From: Macrostomum lignano
Taxonomy: Eukaryota
Reading direction: 5' to 3'
DNA length: 64,000 nt
Assembly: GCA_002269645.1 (NCBI GenBank)
Contig: NIVC01000578.1
Coordinates: 200,549-264,548 of the forward strand
The notes under the pieces are model-generated. The model did not search any database and was not told the origin of the DNA. It saw only the letters and a program-made list of their open reading frames with translations. The position numbers were made by a program, and so were the translations under genes. Each line of letters starts with the position of its first letter. The first letter of the stretch is position 1. This document shows positions 20,488 to 31,946 of the stretch, piece after piece.

Positions 20488-21794
20488 AAGACCTGATGAT
20501 TCAGCTCGTACTTGCGCTGCGATCAACTTAATGGCGCTTTCTGTTAATCCTTGGGTTAATCCCTTAACCTGTGGCTTTTCAGTTCTCTTAAAAACCTTGG
20601 TTTGTTTCTAATTTAACAAAATCCTTTATGCCAGATCCACTTTAAGTTTTTTAGTTTCAGTAATTACAGTTCGAATGTTGTACCTTCGAAACCAAACAGC
20701 TTTGTGAGCACTGACTATGTGTAGATACGCTTCAGTTCAAGTTGCAATTAAAGTGAAAAGGAATAGGAAACCGATACTAAAAATCTATTGATTTTTCTAG
20801 GAACTGGGTTTGAACTTTTTGGATCTTTTCGCAACCCCAGCAAAATAAATATACGGGTCTCGGCTCCTCAGCCACTTTCTCCAGCATCGACAAAATGCGC
20901 CTTGCTTGTCGTCTTTGAATTGTACATGTACGTGGCAGCGAGTTTCTCGAGCCTGAAAGTCGCTGCCTGCACCGCAGAACGGCTTGGAGAAAAATCTGAC
21001 AATATTTTATGGCGTGAGCGTCTAGCTAACTGAAAACTAAGAACTAAAAACTTTAAGTACACCTCGGTCCTTCAGTTATTTTACGCATCTGTGGGGCAAG
21101 CACCTGGACCAGACTAACGCGTAAATTCATTGCTTTTCAGTAAAAATATTTGTAAGAGTACTGATAGTCTTTAATGCTCGCTAAGGCGTATTCAACATGC
21201 CAGTGAAGTATGAGACAGACCAGGCCTATGATCTAAGCCCTAAGGTCTGCAATGCTTCACGCCTGCCCCCATCTTCAGCAGGCAAAGGCTGGCGGGAGGT
21301 CTGCACCCTCTATAGTCGACCCAGGGGTACTCGTCCCCGCGAGTGTTCAAGGCAGACCCTCGGGCTGCTGGACAGACTGGGCTCCGACGCTGGGTACCCA
21401 TCCAGTGGCTCCGGCCGAATTTGGGTATGCAGGTCTGGCTCGCCAGTCCGCAGGCCGTGGTACTGCTTAACGTACCCTCTAATGCCTAAGGTGTTGACCG
21501 TGCCTAGTATTTTATTATTTTCCCCTTATTTTTCATTTATTAATTAATCATTTTTTATCATAATTAATCTTTCATAACAAAAATAATAAAAATATTCATC
21601 GATTACTTGATGCAAACTATGTTGCGCAAACTGCTGTAACGCAAAGGGTTTGCTTTACGTTGTGTGTGAGTTACGTACTATTTTATTGCATCCTGCTGTA
21701 ACACATTCATCATAGAAGCATTTATTGTAACCACCGATCTGCTTACTTTCTACAAAGAACGCTCCAGCGAATATTGACATAACTGAATAAGTTC

Positions 21795-22210
21795 ATATAC
21801 GCAATTTCACCTACTATAAGTAGTTTTCACTAGCCTAATTTTGTGTTAATATCGTTGACTACATATCGTTGCCGCAGGCGCACCCTCCCGATATGTACAC
21901 CCTCCCGAGCCGCAGGCGACCCTCCCGATATGTATGTACCCCGATATGTACACCCTCCCGATATGTACCCCGACATATATGCCGCAGGCGACCCTCCCGA
22001 TATGTATGCTGCAGGCGCCCTAAAGATACACCCTCCCGAGCCAAAGGTACATTCTCCCGATATGAGTGTACACTCTCCCGATATGAGTGTACACTCTCCC
22101 GATATGTGTGTACACTCTCCCGATATGGGTGTACATCGATATGTAGTCAACGATATTAACACAAAATTAGGCTAGTGAAAACTACTTATAGTAGGTGAAA
22201 TTGCGTATAT
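21795..22210. repeat. Local palindrome with 74-bp arms at the left end of the long-TIR element
   Basis: 21795-21868 is the reverse complement of 22137-22210. Confidence 0.9.
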
Positions 22211-23070
22211 TTATATAAAAAGTAGATAAAACGTATCAGTATGTGTAAATATCGGTGCATAATGCATATTACCCGCCTGGCCAAGTGGTCCGGCTTTTCA
22301 TCCGGTTTTGGTCCGTATCGTCCGGTTTTTATGCCTTTACCGGACTACCGGAACAATTCGTCCGGTTATCGTCCGGTTTCGAAGTCCGGGTGAAAAACCG
22401 GACAAAAACCGGTCAAAAACCGGATGAATTTTTACTCCGGAATCATACCGGACGAAAAACGGACGAATTCGGCCCAGTTCCGGATGTAGGGACCTGTTTT
22501 GATCCGAATTTTTGTCCGGTTTCCATCCGGAAACTTGTCCGGTCCTAATCGGACAATTAAGCGGACAAAATCCAGATGGAAACCGGACTAAATCTTGCGA
22601 GATCAGTAAGTAAGCCTTCACAGTCTTCACAGTCTACGAAGTGTACTTTTTAGGTATGCATCATACGTACAGGATTCGCTTTAACTCCGCCAATGCCGGT
22701 CCCAAGCCCGGTTGAAAAATGAGGAGGGTTTGGGGAGACGGTCTCTCCAGTAGAAGCCATCTTTCGTATCTAATTTATTATGAAGCTGAATATGAACTTC
22801 AATTTATACAGCAATTATCTGGCTACAATATATGACACTACCTCATGTGTAGGACTACCTCAAGTGTAGGAAAGCAAACAATTAGTTTCGCTATGATAGG
22901 TATCTTGGAGGTATCTTTACTGTGTCTCCAGTAATCTTATAGATAACACTGTCCAATGACCCATACTATGATACCATTGATGATGAGCACTATATGTACT
23001 CTGAAAAACACGACTAACCTTAGCTCCCCAAACTTGCATTGCAGCCCGCACCTAGTGGTTGTCCGTGTCC

Positions 23071-25905
23071 ATGCAGCCCTCAGGACGCAACCGGCGGCAG
23101 TATATGCAGCAGCGAAGGTTCGAGCAGAAGCTAAAAGCTGCCATAAGTAAGGGTCAGCCGTCGCTTTCCCACTCCCCAATTCAACGCGATTCTGCAACTC
23201 TGCAGACCCACGAGCCGAAACCCTCTGGCAGCGTTAATCGTACGGCAGGTATGTACTGTTCATCGAATACATCACATGGCTGCAACGAGAGAAAGTGTTA
23301 CTTTTTACTACTTCTTTCAATTCCTTATACCTTCTCGGGACAGGCGATGGCATTGTCGCGGCAGCCAGCGCCAGCGTCGACGAAGCCGACAGCGACACTG
23401 ACAGCTACGCCAGCAGTGGCGCGGCGCCCCAGGGCAGCGGCGACGAAGCCGACAGCGACACTGACAGCTACGCCAGTGGTGCTGCGCCCCAGGGCAGCGG
23501 CGACGAAGCCAACAGCGACACTGACAGCTACGCCAGTGGTGCTGCGCCCCAGGGCAGCGGCGACCAGGCCGACATCGACGCCAGCGGCGCTGCGTCCCAG
23601 GGCAGCGGCGACGAGGCCAACAGCGACGCCAGCGGCGCTGTGCCGCCAAACTTCGACCTCTTCCAGCACCCATAACACGATGGGGTACTGGCTGAGCCCA
23701 TATACTCCATAGCGCCTGCCATTTGTGAGGTCAATGACTGCGCTATTGACCTGCAGATTCCCCGTGAAAAAGTCGGCCGGCTTTTGGCTACCATCCACCG
23801 CCTCGTCCCCGGCAACAGGTTGCCGCGGACGGCGAAGACGTTGTGGCGGAATATGAAAAAGGCCCAAAGTTGCATCGGCTCCTCAAAGTGCATGACTGTG
23901 TGCAATTCCTGTCGATGTAACTATCCAGGAGACAGCAGCCAGAATGAAGGACTTTGTCGGAACTGCAATTCTCAACTTGTCTCAAATTTCTGGGTGTTCG
24001 ATATCCGTCAGCAAATTAGGACTTACATCGAGGCCTGTGGATTGCTGCAGAATGTCACCTTTCCCGTGGACTTCCAACAACCGGAGGATTGCATTCACTT
24101 CTCAACCAGCCAAATGTATGCCGAGTTTATTGAGGCGATTGAACCCCAGGATCGAATGGACTTGTCCTACACCCTGAGCTCGGATGGCTTCTCGCTGCAT
24201 ACTACCAGCCGAGTTGAAGTCTGCCCCGTGTACATCAGCATCAACGAAGTCCACGACCGCTTCAAACTGAAGTATGTCGTCATTTGTGGTGTATGGGCGG
24301 GAAAGAAGAAATTGCACGCGTCTGCCTTCCTTCCTTGTCTCATCGGCGCGTTGAATAACCTGCGCACGCGAGGCGTCACCTACTTAGACGACGAATCTGT
24401 GCGACGGACAATCCGGTTTCATCCGCTTCAGACCCTCTTCGACGCACCCGCTCGGGCCGACGCTCTTAATATGAGGCACTGTACGGCCACTTACGGTTGC
24501 GACAAGTGCTACATTGCCACACGTCTGCACCCATCCGGCAGTGGTCGCTACTACGACGTGGAGATTACTCCCGCAATGCTGAACGAAGCCGCCCGTCTCG
24601 GTTGTGTGCAGACCGTCGTACGCAGCATGACCGACACGTCTCATCTTGCTGAACTGCATCTGCAACGGATACCTTCTGATCCGAACGGCGACGTCCTTGG
24701 AGTCCGCGGTCATTCTCCCCTTGGCGAAATTCTCGGATTTTACTTCGTTCGAGGCTGTCCGCCGTGTTACCTGCATCAGCTCAACGTCGGCCTATGCAAA
24801 ATGAAGATGCTGCAGTTTTTTTCTGTTCGGCGCGACAAGCCTGACCGTGGCTCAGTGTCCGGATTTACACGCGAGGCAGTACCAAGTAGACGCCCGACTG
24901 CGGAATCTTTACGTGCCCGATTGCGTGCAGCGGCATTCCGTTCGTCCGCTCAGTGACCTACGCAATATGCGCGGTCACGAGTTTGAAATGTGGCTCCTCG
25001 CTTACGGGCCACTCGTTCTTGACGGAATTCTACCAAAGGCCCATATGGACCACTTCAAGGTCCTCTCTTCCGCTGTATTTTGGATGACGGCTGACTATGC
25101 GCCCAAAACCGAATTGCGACACGTGGAAATTTCCCTGCGGCATTACCACGCGAACTTGCAGCGTCTGTTTTCGCTACGGGCTCTCACCTACAATGCACAT
25201 CAGGTGTGCTGCCACATGCTGGCCTATGTGCACCTCGCTGGATCCGCGCATCGCCTATCGACTGGCCTCTTTGAAACCATGCACAACCGTTTGGCACAAC
25301 GTCTTCATGGGACCCGCCGCAGCGATGTCGAATTGGTGAATGCTGTTGAGCGCCAGATCGGCAGCATCCAAGCGAGAGCACGACTCCTAGGCCGGCAAGT
25401 TCCACGGCAGCAGGATGAGCGGGACCTGCGCCGCTTTGAGATCCACACCGTCGGGGGCGCTGTCCTTCGCAGGCCGAAGTCTCAACAAGTTGGCTGGCAA
25501 ACCGTCTCGCTGCTGTCTGGCTGGAAAGTCAGCGCGTATCGGCCTGCAGGCGCCAGGAGAGACGCGGCCTGCTTTGCGGCTGTCGCCGACCAAACGTCCC
25601 CAACAGAGTTCCGATTCTGTCGGGTAGCCTCCATCGACGTGGAAGGTGACATCGTCGTGCTGAAGATCATCGTGCTGCCCCTGATGCAACCCGAGCCGGA
25701 CCCACTGGAGTCGCTGGCCCAAGTTCCTGCAGCCTCGGTAAATCGTGGCTGCCGCTTCGTCCACGTTAGGCGACTGGGCTGTGACCCATTCGGTGACCTA
25801 CGCATTGAACCGGTCGCCGTGCGACTCGAGGCGCTTCGTGGGGTCTGCGGTCTGCATGGCCGCAAAATTGCCTTGTTGCCCCATCCGCAATTGTGCTTCG
25901 CGTGA
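23071..25905 (+). pseudogene. CACTA-type transposase (~910 aa reconstructed), one premature stop and one frameshift
   Basis: Predicted exon 23071-23248, GT-AG intron 23249-23343, exon 23344-25905. TAA at 23673 and a +1 shift in the T7 run at ~24816-24822. Motifs LSSDG, PVYISINE, FDAPARA, YGCDKC, YLHQLNVG, GHEFEMWLL, YNAHQVCCH, FETMH. Confidence 0.85.
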
Positions 25906-27044
25906 ACATTAACTGCTTCGATGCTTCGTTTGTAACTTCTGTTTCAATACATGTCCGTTTATTTATATTATGCTACGCTAGGTAAGCATAAGCAATTCAA
26001 TAAGACAGGGAATTAACTCGTGTAGAACATATTCTGCTTGTTTTGCTGTATTATATTATGTATGCGTGCCGTACTAATAATAATAAAATTTATCAAAAAA
26101 GACACTAATTTTGGTTGTACACTATTGCGTTGACTTCAATTATTAATGTAAATTTATCAAACATGGGTCTAATTGTAGGAGCATTAAAACTTATGGCAGA
26201 AGTTTTTGTTGAAATTTGTTATAAAAACTCAATCGGATGCTTTCGTAAAAATCAGGTGCTAGAAAAATCGTACTCAAAGCCATTTTGATCCCAGCGAGTA
26301 AGGCTACTCGTAAGTGAAAGTTGAAGATCTTAGTAGACTGTTTAAATAACGGCATTTACATTTATGGCTGTGTATAGATACAATGTGTAAGACCTGTCTG
26401 GGAAGCAAATGTAGTTTGATGGCTTGCTTAATTAAGGGTTATTTTTAAACGACGACCAAACGTAGTTTGAGCCCCTATTAAAATTGATGAGCGCCGAAAT
26501 CCACACGCCTCACGCCTTTGCAGCTGCATGGCAACTGGGCATTCTGGGCATTTCCCGTCATGGGCGGCCGGACGAAGCGATACCCAGTCCATGCCTCTAG
26601 CAGATCTTCGATCCTGCATCCAAGAAGCCGAACAACGAGGCGTGCGCGTGTACACGAGTACTCGTAGTCTGCTACTCTTCGTGGAGGCACTGAACGTGAT
26701 CGACTCAGGTTGGCTGGCTACAAGGCACTGTTTCCGACGAGACCTCATCAATTAATGCTTTAATTAACGCGCCGGCCTGCCGGACGTTTCCAGATATTCA
26801 AAAAGGAGCGACATTTCTTCTTGAGAGCCCAACACTTTTCAATGTCGACTCCGATTTGCACGGTCGCTACTCGTTGTCTATCGCACCAGGGCAGATTCGG
26901 CGCGTATATCCACGCCCAGTGGTGGGTAATTCATTTATGTTCCGGTTTGCTTCCATCAATGCGTCGTTTCAGTCAGTCAAATCACTTCAGTCAAACTCGC
27001 GGCACTTATTAGTTTATTTATTTATTCGCACGCACGCCAATATT

Positions 27045-27368
27045 ATGGTCTGCACCGTCACATACTTACCACTGCAGGAAGCCACGTTCGTGAGCTATTA
27101 CGGACCCGAGTCGAGCAGCTACCGTGACTACACGATCGTGTCCACAGAGGAACTTCCGACTAGTCGTCGACCATGTCAACTCGGTTCGCCACCACCATCC
27201 AAAACGCCTGACAACGGGTCCCAAGAAAGCACCGAATGGAACATGTTTGACACCCAGTCTGAGTCCCAGTCTGCGCTGGAGGTGCCGGCATCTGCAGTCT
27301 TGGAGTGCGTCTGCGGCCAAGGCAATTTCCTCGGCTGCACTTGGTGCAGGCGACATGCTAAGAAGTAG
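27045..27368 (+). CDS. Small ORF inside the CACTA element with a C-terminal CxC...CxxC cluster, function unknown
   Basis: ATG at 27045 after an AT-rich stretch. GC-richer coding-like composition. Ends ECVCGQGNFLGCTWCRRHAKK. Confidence 0.35.
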   Translation: MVCTVTYLPLQEATFVSYYGPESSSYRDYTIVSTEELPTSRRPCQLGSPPPSKTPDNGSQESTEWNMFDTQSESQSALEVPASAVLECVCGQGNFLGCTWCRRHAKK

Positions 27369-27943
27369 AAAGTTTTACAGTAGAAACTATTTGGCGGTCT
27401 ATTATATCCTAACGTATAGTTTGGTTGCCGAATTGCATTTTCTGCATTGCAGTTCTTCTGTCAAGTTGTGGCTTACCCTGATAATTATTAAAGCTGACAT
27501 CATTATTGAGAGAACTGCTGAGTTCTCTATTCGTGAAAATAATTGTGTCTATTTTTCTTTGCTTTTAATACTGTTTTAAGTTTCCATAGAAAGGCTTATG
27601 CGCTCCTCTCCTCTCCTCTCTCCTGTCTCCTATATCCTCTCGATCCTCTCTCCTATCCTCTCTCCCTAGCTCTCCTCTCTTCTCCTCTCCGCCATCCGCC
27701 ATCCGTTACGGACAGTTCGCTTTCGTATTCAATTCAGTTGCATTAAGTCAGTTAAGTCAGCCACAGAAATTTTTACAGAATGTACATCACAAAACGTTTC
27801 CCGCAGCACAACTGCATCGTTATGGGCCACTTAAGTAAATCCAAAGAAAAAAATAAAAAACAAAGTGAAAAAAACGAAGCGAAAAGTCTAATTCGAAACG
27901 GACAACGCAGGCCACCGTCACCAAAAGGCGAAAACTGGAAGCG

Positions 27944-28358
27944 GCTGCTGGTTCCGCTGCTGCTTCGACAGAGCCGCCGACCTCGGCTCTACTGTACGTG
28001 CTGCTGGTTCCGCTGCTGCTTCGACAGAGCCGCCGACCTCGGGCTCTACTGTACGTGCTGCTGGTTCCGCTGCTGCTTCGACAGAGCCGCCGACCTCGGG
28101 CTCTACTGTACGTGCTGCTGGTTCCGCTGCTGCTTCGACAGAGCCGCCGACCTCGGGCTCTACTGTACGTGCTGCTGGTTCCGCTGCTGCTTCGACAGAG
28201 CCGCCGACCTCGGGCTCTACTGTACGTGCTGCTGGTTCCGCTGCTGCTTCGACAGAGCCGCCGACCTCGGGCTCTACTGTACGTGCTGCTGGTTCCGCTG
28301 CTGCTTCGACAGAGCCGCCGACCTCGGGCTCTACTGTACGTGCTGCTGGTTCCGCTAC
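27944..28358. repeat. 57-bp tandem repeat, ~7 copies
   Basis: Unit CTACTGTACGTGCTGCTGGTTCCGCTGCTGCTTCGACAGAGCCGCCGACCTCGGGCT. The frame STVRAAGSAAASTEPPTSG runs in frame into ORF 28369. Confidence 0.95.
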
Positions 28359-28368
28359 TTCTGCATAC

Positions 28369-29924
28369 TTGCAGTACGACTGCGTGCCGTACAAAACAGA
28401 GGGTACGAGGAGATTCTTTTTATTCAAATATTCCAACTATCACGAGAAAACCGATGTGGTCTCCACGGACGACATTGTCGGCCGCAAACGCGATTCGTCA
28501 ATACCCGTCGCTGTGGGCAGCGAAGTTCTTATAATCAAGGCTAAAGTCAATAGAACTGCGGCCAAAAAGTGGCATGGCACCCTGGTGCAGGGGCCATTCA
28601 CAGAAAGGAATGCAGCCGCACGTGCAGCTTCGTTAACTAATGTTCACACCACGAGTGTCGAGCTGCCAAGGACTTGTGGCTCCTGCCGCAGCTTTTCTGT
28701 CGAAGTCCAGCGCCAGTTGGCGCCAATAGAAACTTTACGTGAGTAAATTTTTACGTTTTTAGGCATACATACACCCTAAGCCAGGATCCTCAACAGGACA
28801 ATTCCCGCATATTTATAGGGGGACAGCTAAAATCGGCGACTCAGAAGGAGACCCAGCTGCGCGAAGATAATCAGTCGCTGACGGAGCAGCTTTGCGTATC
28901 CAGCAGAATGGAAAAAAGTCTGCTGCGCCAGTTGGAGGCAGAGCAGCGGCGCAGCACTAGATTGGTAGAAGCTGCGCAGCGCAGCAACTCGCTGCTTCTC
29001 AAATCGTCGGACATCCTCTGCCACGCCACGTCCGGCCGGGTAAAGTCCGGTACCAGTCAGTCCCTGACTGATCGGGAAACTTCTGAGTCAAGCATGCAGA
29101 GGGGAGGAGCCGTTGGTGCAGCGGCGTGTGCCCATCAACAAGACGAAGATGAGGCCGATGAGGTCGATGAGGATCTCAGTTTCACATGCGAACAGAATCT
29201 GTCTGTTGCACAGACTCGTGCGCTGCTGACTGCAAGCCAGAAGGCAGCAAACTGTTCGGAGACCTCGTCCTCGTCCGGCTACGTGTCGCTCTCAGAGACG
29301 CAGCCGTTCGTCAAGGTGCAATTTCAGCGGCGCGCGGATCTTCAAAGGCGACTGGAAGAATTCGGAAAGGTGCCAGCCCCGTCCGATGCGGAGCACGCAG
29401 ATGTCACGTTCATTCGTGCAACGGCCCTGCAGGCCCTCCTCCGCGCTCTGCTGCGCACTATGTTCACGGACGAACAATTTGCTAGTTCTAGCATATCGGG
29501 TCGCAACTCAGAGGTGGCAAACCCAGGAAAGATGGCTGCGGTGAGAGTCTGGCTGGCCGAGAACAAAATTAGCTACACGCAAGCCAATCTAAACAGGGCG
29601 TTCAATCGTTGCAGTGATACGGCTAAAGACCACCTCGGCATCTCGGGTATCAAAAAGCGTGCAGCTATGTCCGTCCCAATGCGGTCCAAGAAGCCCGGTA
29701 CAGGTGCCGCTGCAACGAAGCGCTCAAAGAAGGCCGCCCAGAGCAGTGAGAGCACAGTTGTTGTCATCGTGGACGATCCCAGTAGCGCCAACCAGAACAT
29801 CTATCCGTCTGCTTCGAATGCTACAGTTGCCAGTTCGGCCGATGCGAGCGCCGGCAGTTCGACAGCCAATTCCGGCAGTAGCGGCACTGTCGATATGCTG
29901 CAGGAACTGTATTCGAATGATTGA
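28369..29924 (+). CDS. CACTA accessory gene: coiled coil + BEN/DUF4806-like domain (5' end uncertain)
   Basis: An exon to 28738, a phase-1 GT-AG intron 28739-28818 and exon 28819-29924 join in frame. LLRALLRTMFTDEQFASSSISG...NPGKMAAVRVWL resembles the BEN-domain helices. Confidence 0.65.
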
Positions 29925-31011
29925 CTGATTTTTATAGTTCAGACTTTCTTACTTTCCTACGTTTTGATCGTATGAGCAGGTTGAAGCAACGTTTTGAGGA
30001 GTGTGAATAAACGGAACGGGAGTCGACGTAAGATTGTTTCTTTTAGTGTTTTTAGTAATTCAATGGACAAATCTACAGTACAGGATATTGTGTTTCATGC
30101 GTTTAATTTGTTTCTTTGTGAACTATTTGTGAACTATGGCTACAGTAGTAGCAGCAGCAGCAGTAGTAAACAAAATCAGCATTCTGTCTTCCGGTTTTCG
30201 CCCGTTGTTGGTCCGCTTCTTCATCCGGTTCAGCTCCACATTCGCACTCGCCCGGTTTTCGCCCGCTTTTGGTCCGGCTGTTGGTCCGGGAACCGCCCGG
30301 ACGAACTACCAGGTGAAATTCCAGATGAGCACCGGGCGAAGCAACCGGACGAAGTCCTCAAAAAACATGTTCTCGTCCGGATTCCTAACCATTTGCGGAC
30401 AAACGAGATACGAGAAAATACATAACGCACCGGATGAAAACCGGCTGCAAAGCCGGATTTGCAGCCGGATGAAAAACCGGACCACTTGGCCAGGCGGGTT
30501 ACGAAACATATAGTTGTACAGTCATAAGCATATGGGCAGCAAAAAACACACAATGTAGGTGCATATTATCGATATATTTGCAGAAAAGTAGGTGAAATAT
30601 ACAAAATAATACAAAGCAGGTATATATCGCTTATTAGTGTAGTAGGTGCTTGTAGATGCTAGTATAATAAAAACATAGGTTGACTCATACGCACAATAGG
30701 GCTCTCCCAGGACAATAGTAAGAGATACGCCCCCGCATTCCTCCCCAGCGCCGCGACCAAGGGACCGCGGGCTGAGTAATGTTTCGAGGGGATCCCAATG
30801 TACAGTGCAGGCAGAGAGCTATTTTCCTACCCAAATGGGGTTTTTATTCAAGGGACCCCTCACCTAGTACAGTGCGGGCAGAGAGGAGTAGCAGAGAGCA
30901 ATAGAGACCGCCCCATGTACAATGCGCTCCAGGGTTGAGGTGTCAAATGGGAGTTTTTGATCCCCCGCCCCAATGTACAGTGCGCTCCAGGGTGTCAAAT
31001 GGGAGTTATGA

Positions 31012-31740
31012 GTGTCCCCTCACGGATACAGAGACTGCACAAGCAGAGTGCATTCCTCCCCAGGGCTTCCAAACGATAGTTATGAAGGACCCCTCACCAA
31101 GTACGGTGCGGGCGGGGTAACACGCCCCGGGGGGGAACCCCACGCGATCCTTATCGCTCACTCGCGAAAGCCATACGGACGGCTGGCGGCCCCATACACC
31201 CTCTTAGTCATGGAAGTGTGGAAGGACGGCTTCCCAGCAATCTATTTGAGCGAGCCAGAGTGGAAGAAGCTCGAAGCTTTGCGCCCTGACCTGGAGGCTG
31301 CCGCCCGCCTTCACGTGGACAAGCGGGTCGTGCTGGGCAATTTCAAGGCGGTCGAAGCTTCACGGGGGCGGATTCGTTTGCGGCGCAATTGGCTCAATCG
31401 GGATCCAAAGTTTAATTGGCGCTACATGATCGAATTCACGCCGGAACTGTGGCACCGGATGCTTGCGGCCGGTTTAGACAAGCTCTTCAAGCCGGCACCC
31501 GAGGCCCCGCCGCCGGCAAAGCGAGCCAAGACAGAGACCCCTCCAGTAGCCAGGACTGAGGAGGAAAATCTCCAGGACGTTCTCCACGACTCCAGGTTGT
31601 GGGTCTCAAACCCTACCAATCCCCGCCCTGGGAAAATCTGTTTGACAAGAGTCAGCGCTGGTAGTTTCCTATTGGCTCACACCACCCCGCGGGGCCCCTA
31701 TATAACTAATCTGTCCTGTCTTCAGAGAGCCAGGCCCTAA
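31012..31740 (+). CDS. Putative tandem PC4-like ssDNA-binding protein with an NLS-like motif (start uncertain; first ATG ~31210)
   Basis: Two units each end in a PC4-like I-x-[LF]-x2-E-x-W-x2-[LM] helix: AIYLSEPEWKKL and IRLRRNW...MIEFTPELWHRM, linked by VVLGNFKAV. NLS-like PPAKRAKTE. Confidence 0.5.
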   Translation: MSPHGYRDCTSRVHSSPGLPNDSYEGPLTKYGAGGVTRPGGEPHAILIAHSRKPYGRLAAPYTLLVMEVWKDGFPAIYLSEPEWKKLEALRPDLEAAARLHVDKRVVLGNFKAVEASRGRIRLRRNWLNRDPKFNWRYMIEFTPELWHRMLAAGLDKLFKPAPEAPPPAKRAKTETPPVARTEEENLQDVLHDSRLWVSNPTNPRPGKICLTRVSAGSFLLAHTTPRGPYITNLSCLQRARP

Positions 31741-31946
31741 TTCCTAGCTCTGATACTATACTCTCTCTCTCTCTCTGTTGATTCCAACATGTCCCGCCGA
31801 GCTCTATCCACCCTCTGGGATAATAATCGCCCCCCCCTGAAGAGTTAACCTCCCTCGACGGTGAAATACCCGAACATATAATCCCCCTAGGCACAGAAAA
31901 CAACGGAACTGATAATTAGGGGGCTGATATATCCTTGGCTTGGGCT

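Larger units (their letters stand above)
22272..30498 (+). mobile_element. CACTA/EnSpm (CMC) DNA transposon, 8227 bp
   Basis: TIR CCCGCCTGGCCAAGTGGTCCGG(C/T)TTTTCATCCGG at both ends. TTA on both flanks, with the empty site visible in the opposite arm of the host element. CCGG-rich subterminal repeats at 22272-22600 and 30190-30498. Confidence 0.92.

Noticed and set aside
21197-21500. Possible 3' end of another LINE (LHACPHLQQ...LLDRLG)
   Set aside because: Only a weak resemblance to a CCHC tail across different frames, with no RT or tail evidence.
31836-31875. CTGAAGA...GAAA hammerhead-like spacing
   Set aside because: Stem II cannot close directly on the core, and there is no stem III or NUH triplet.
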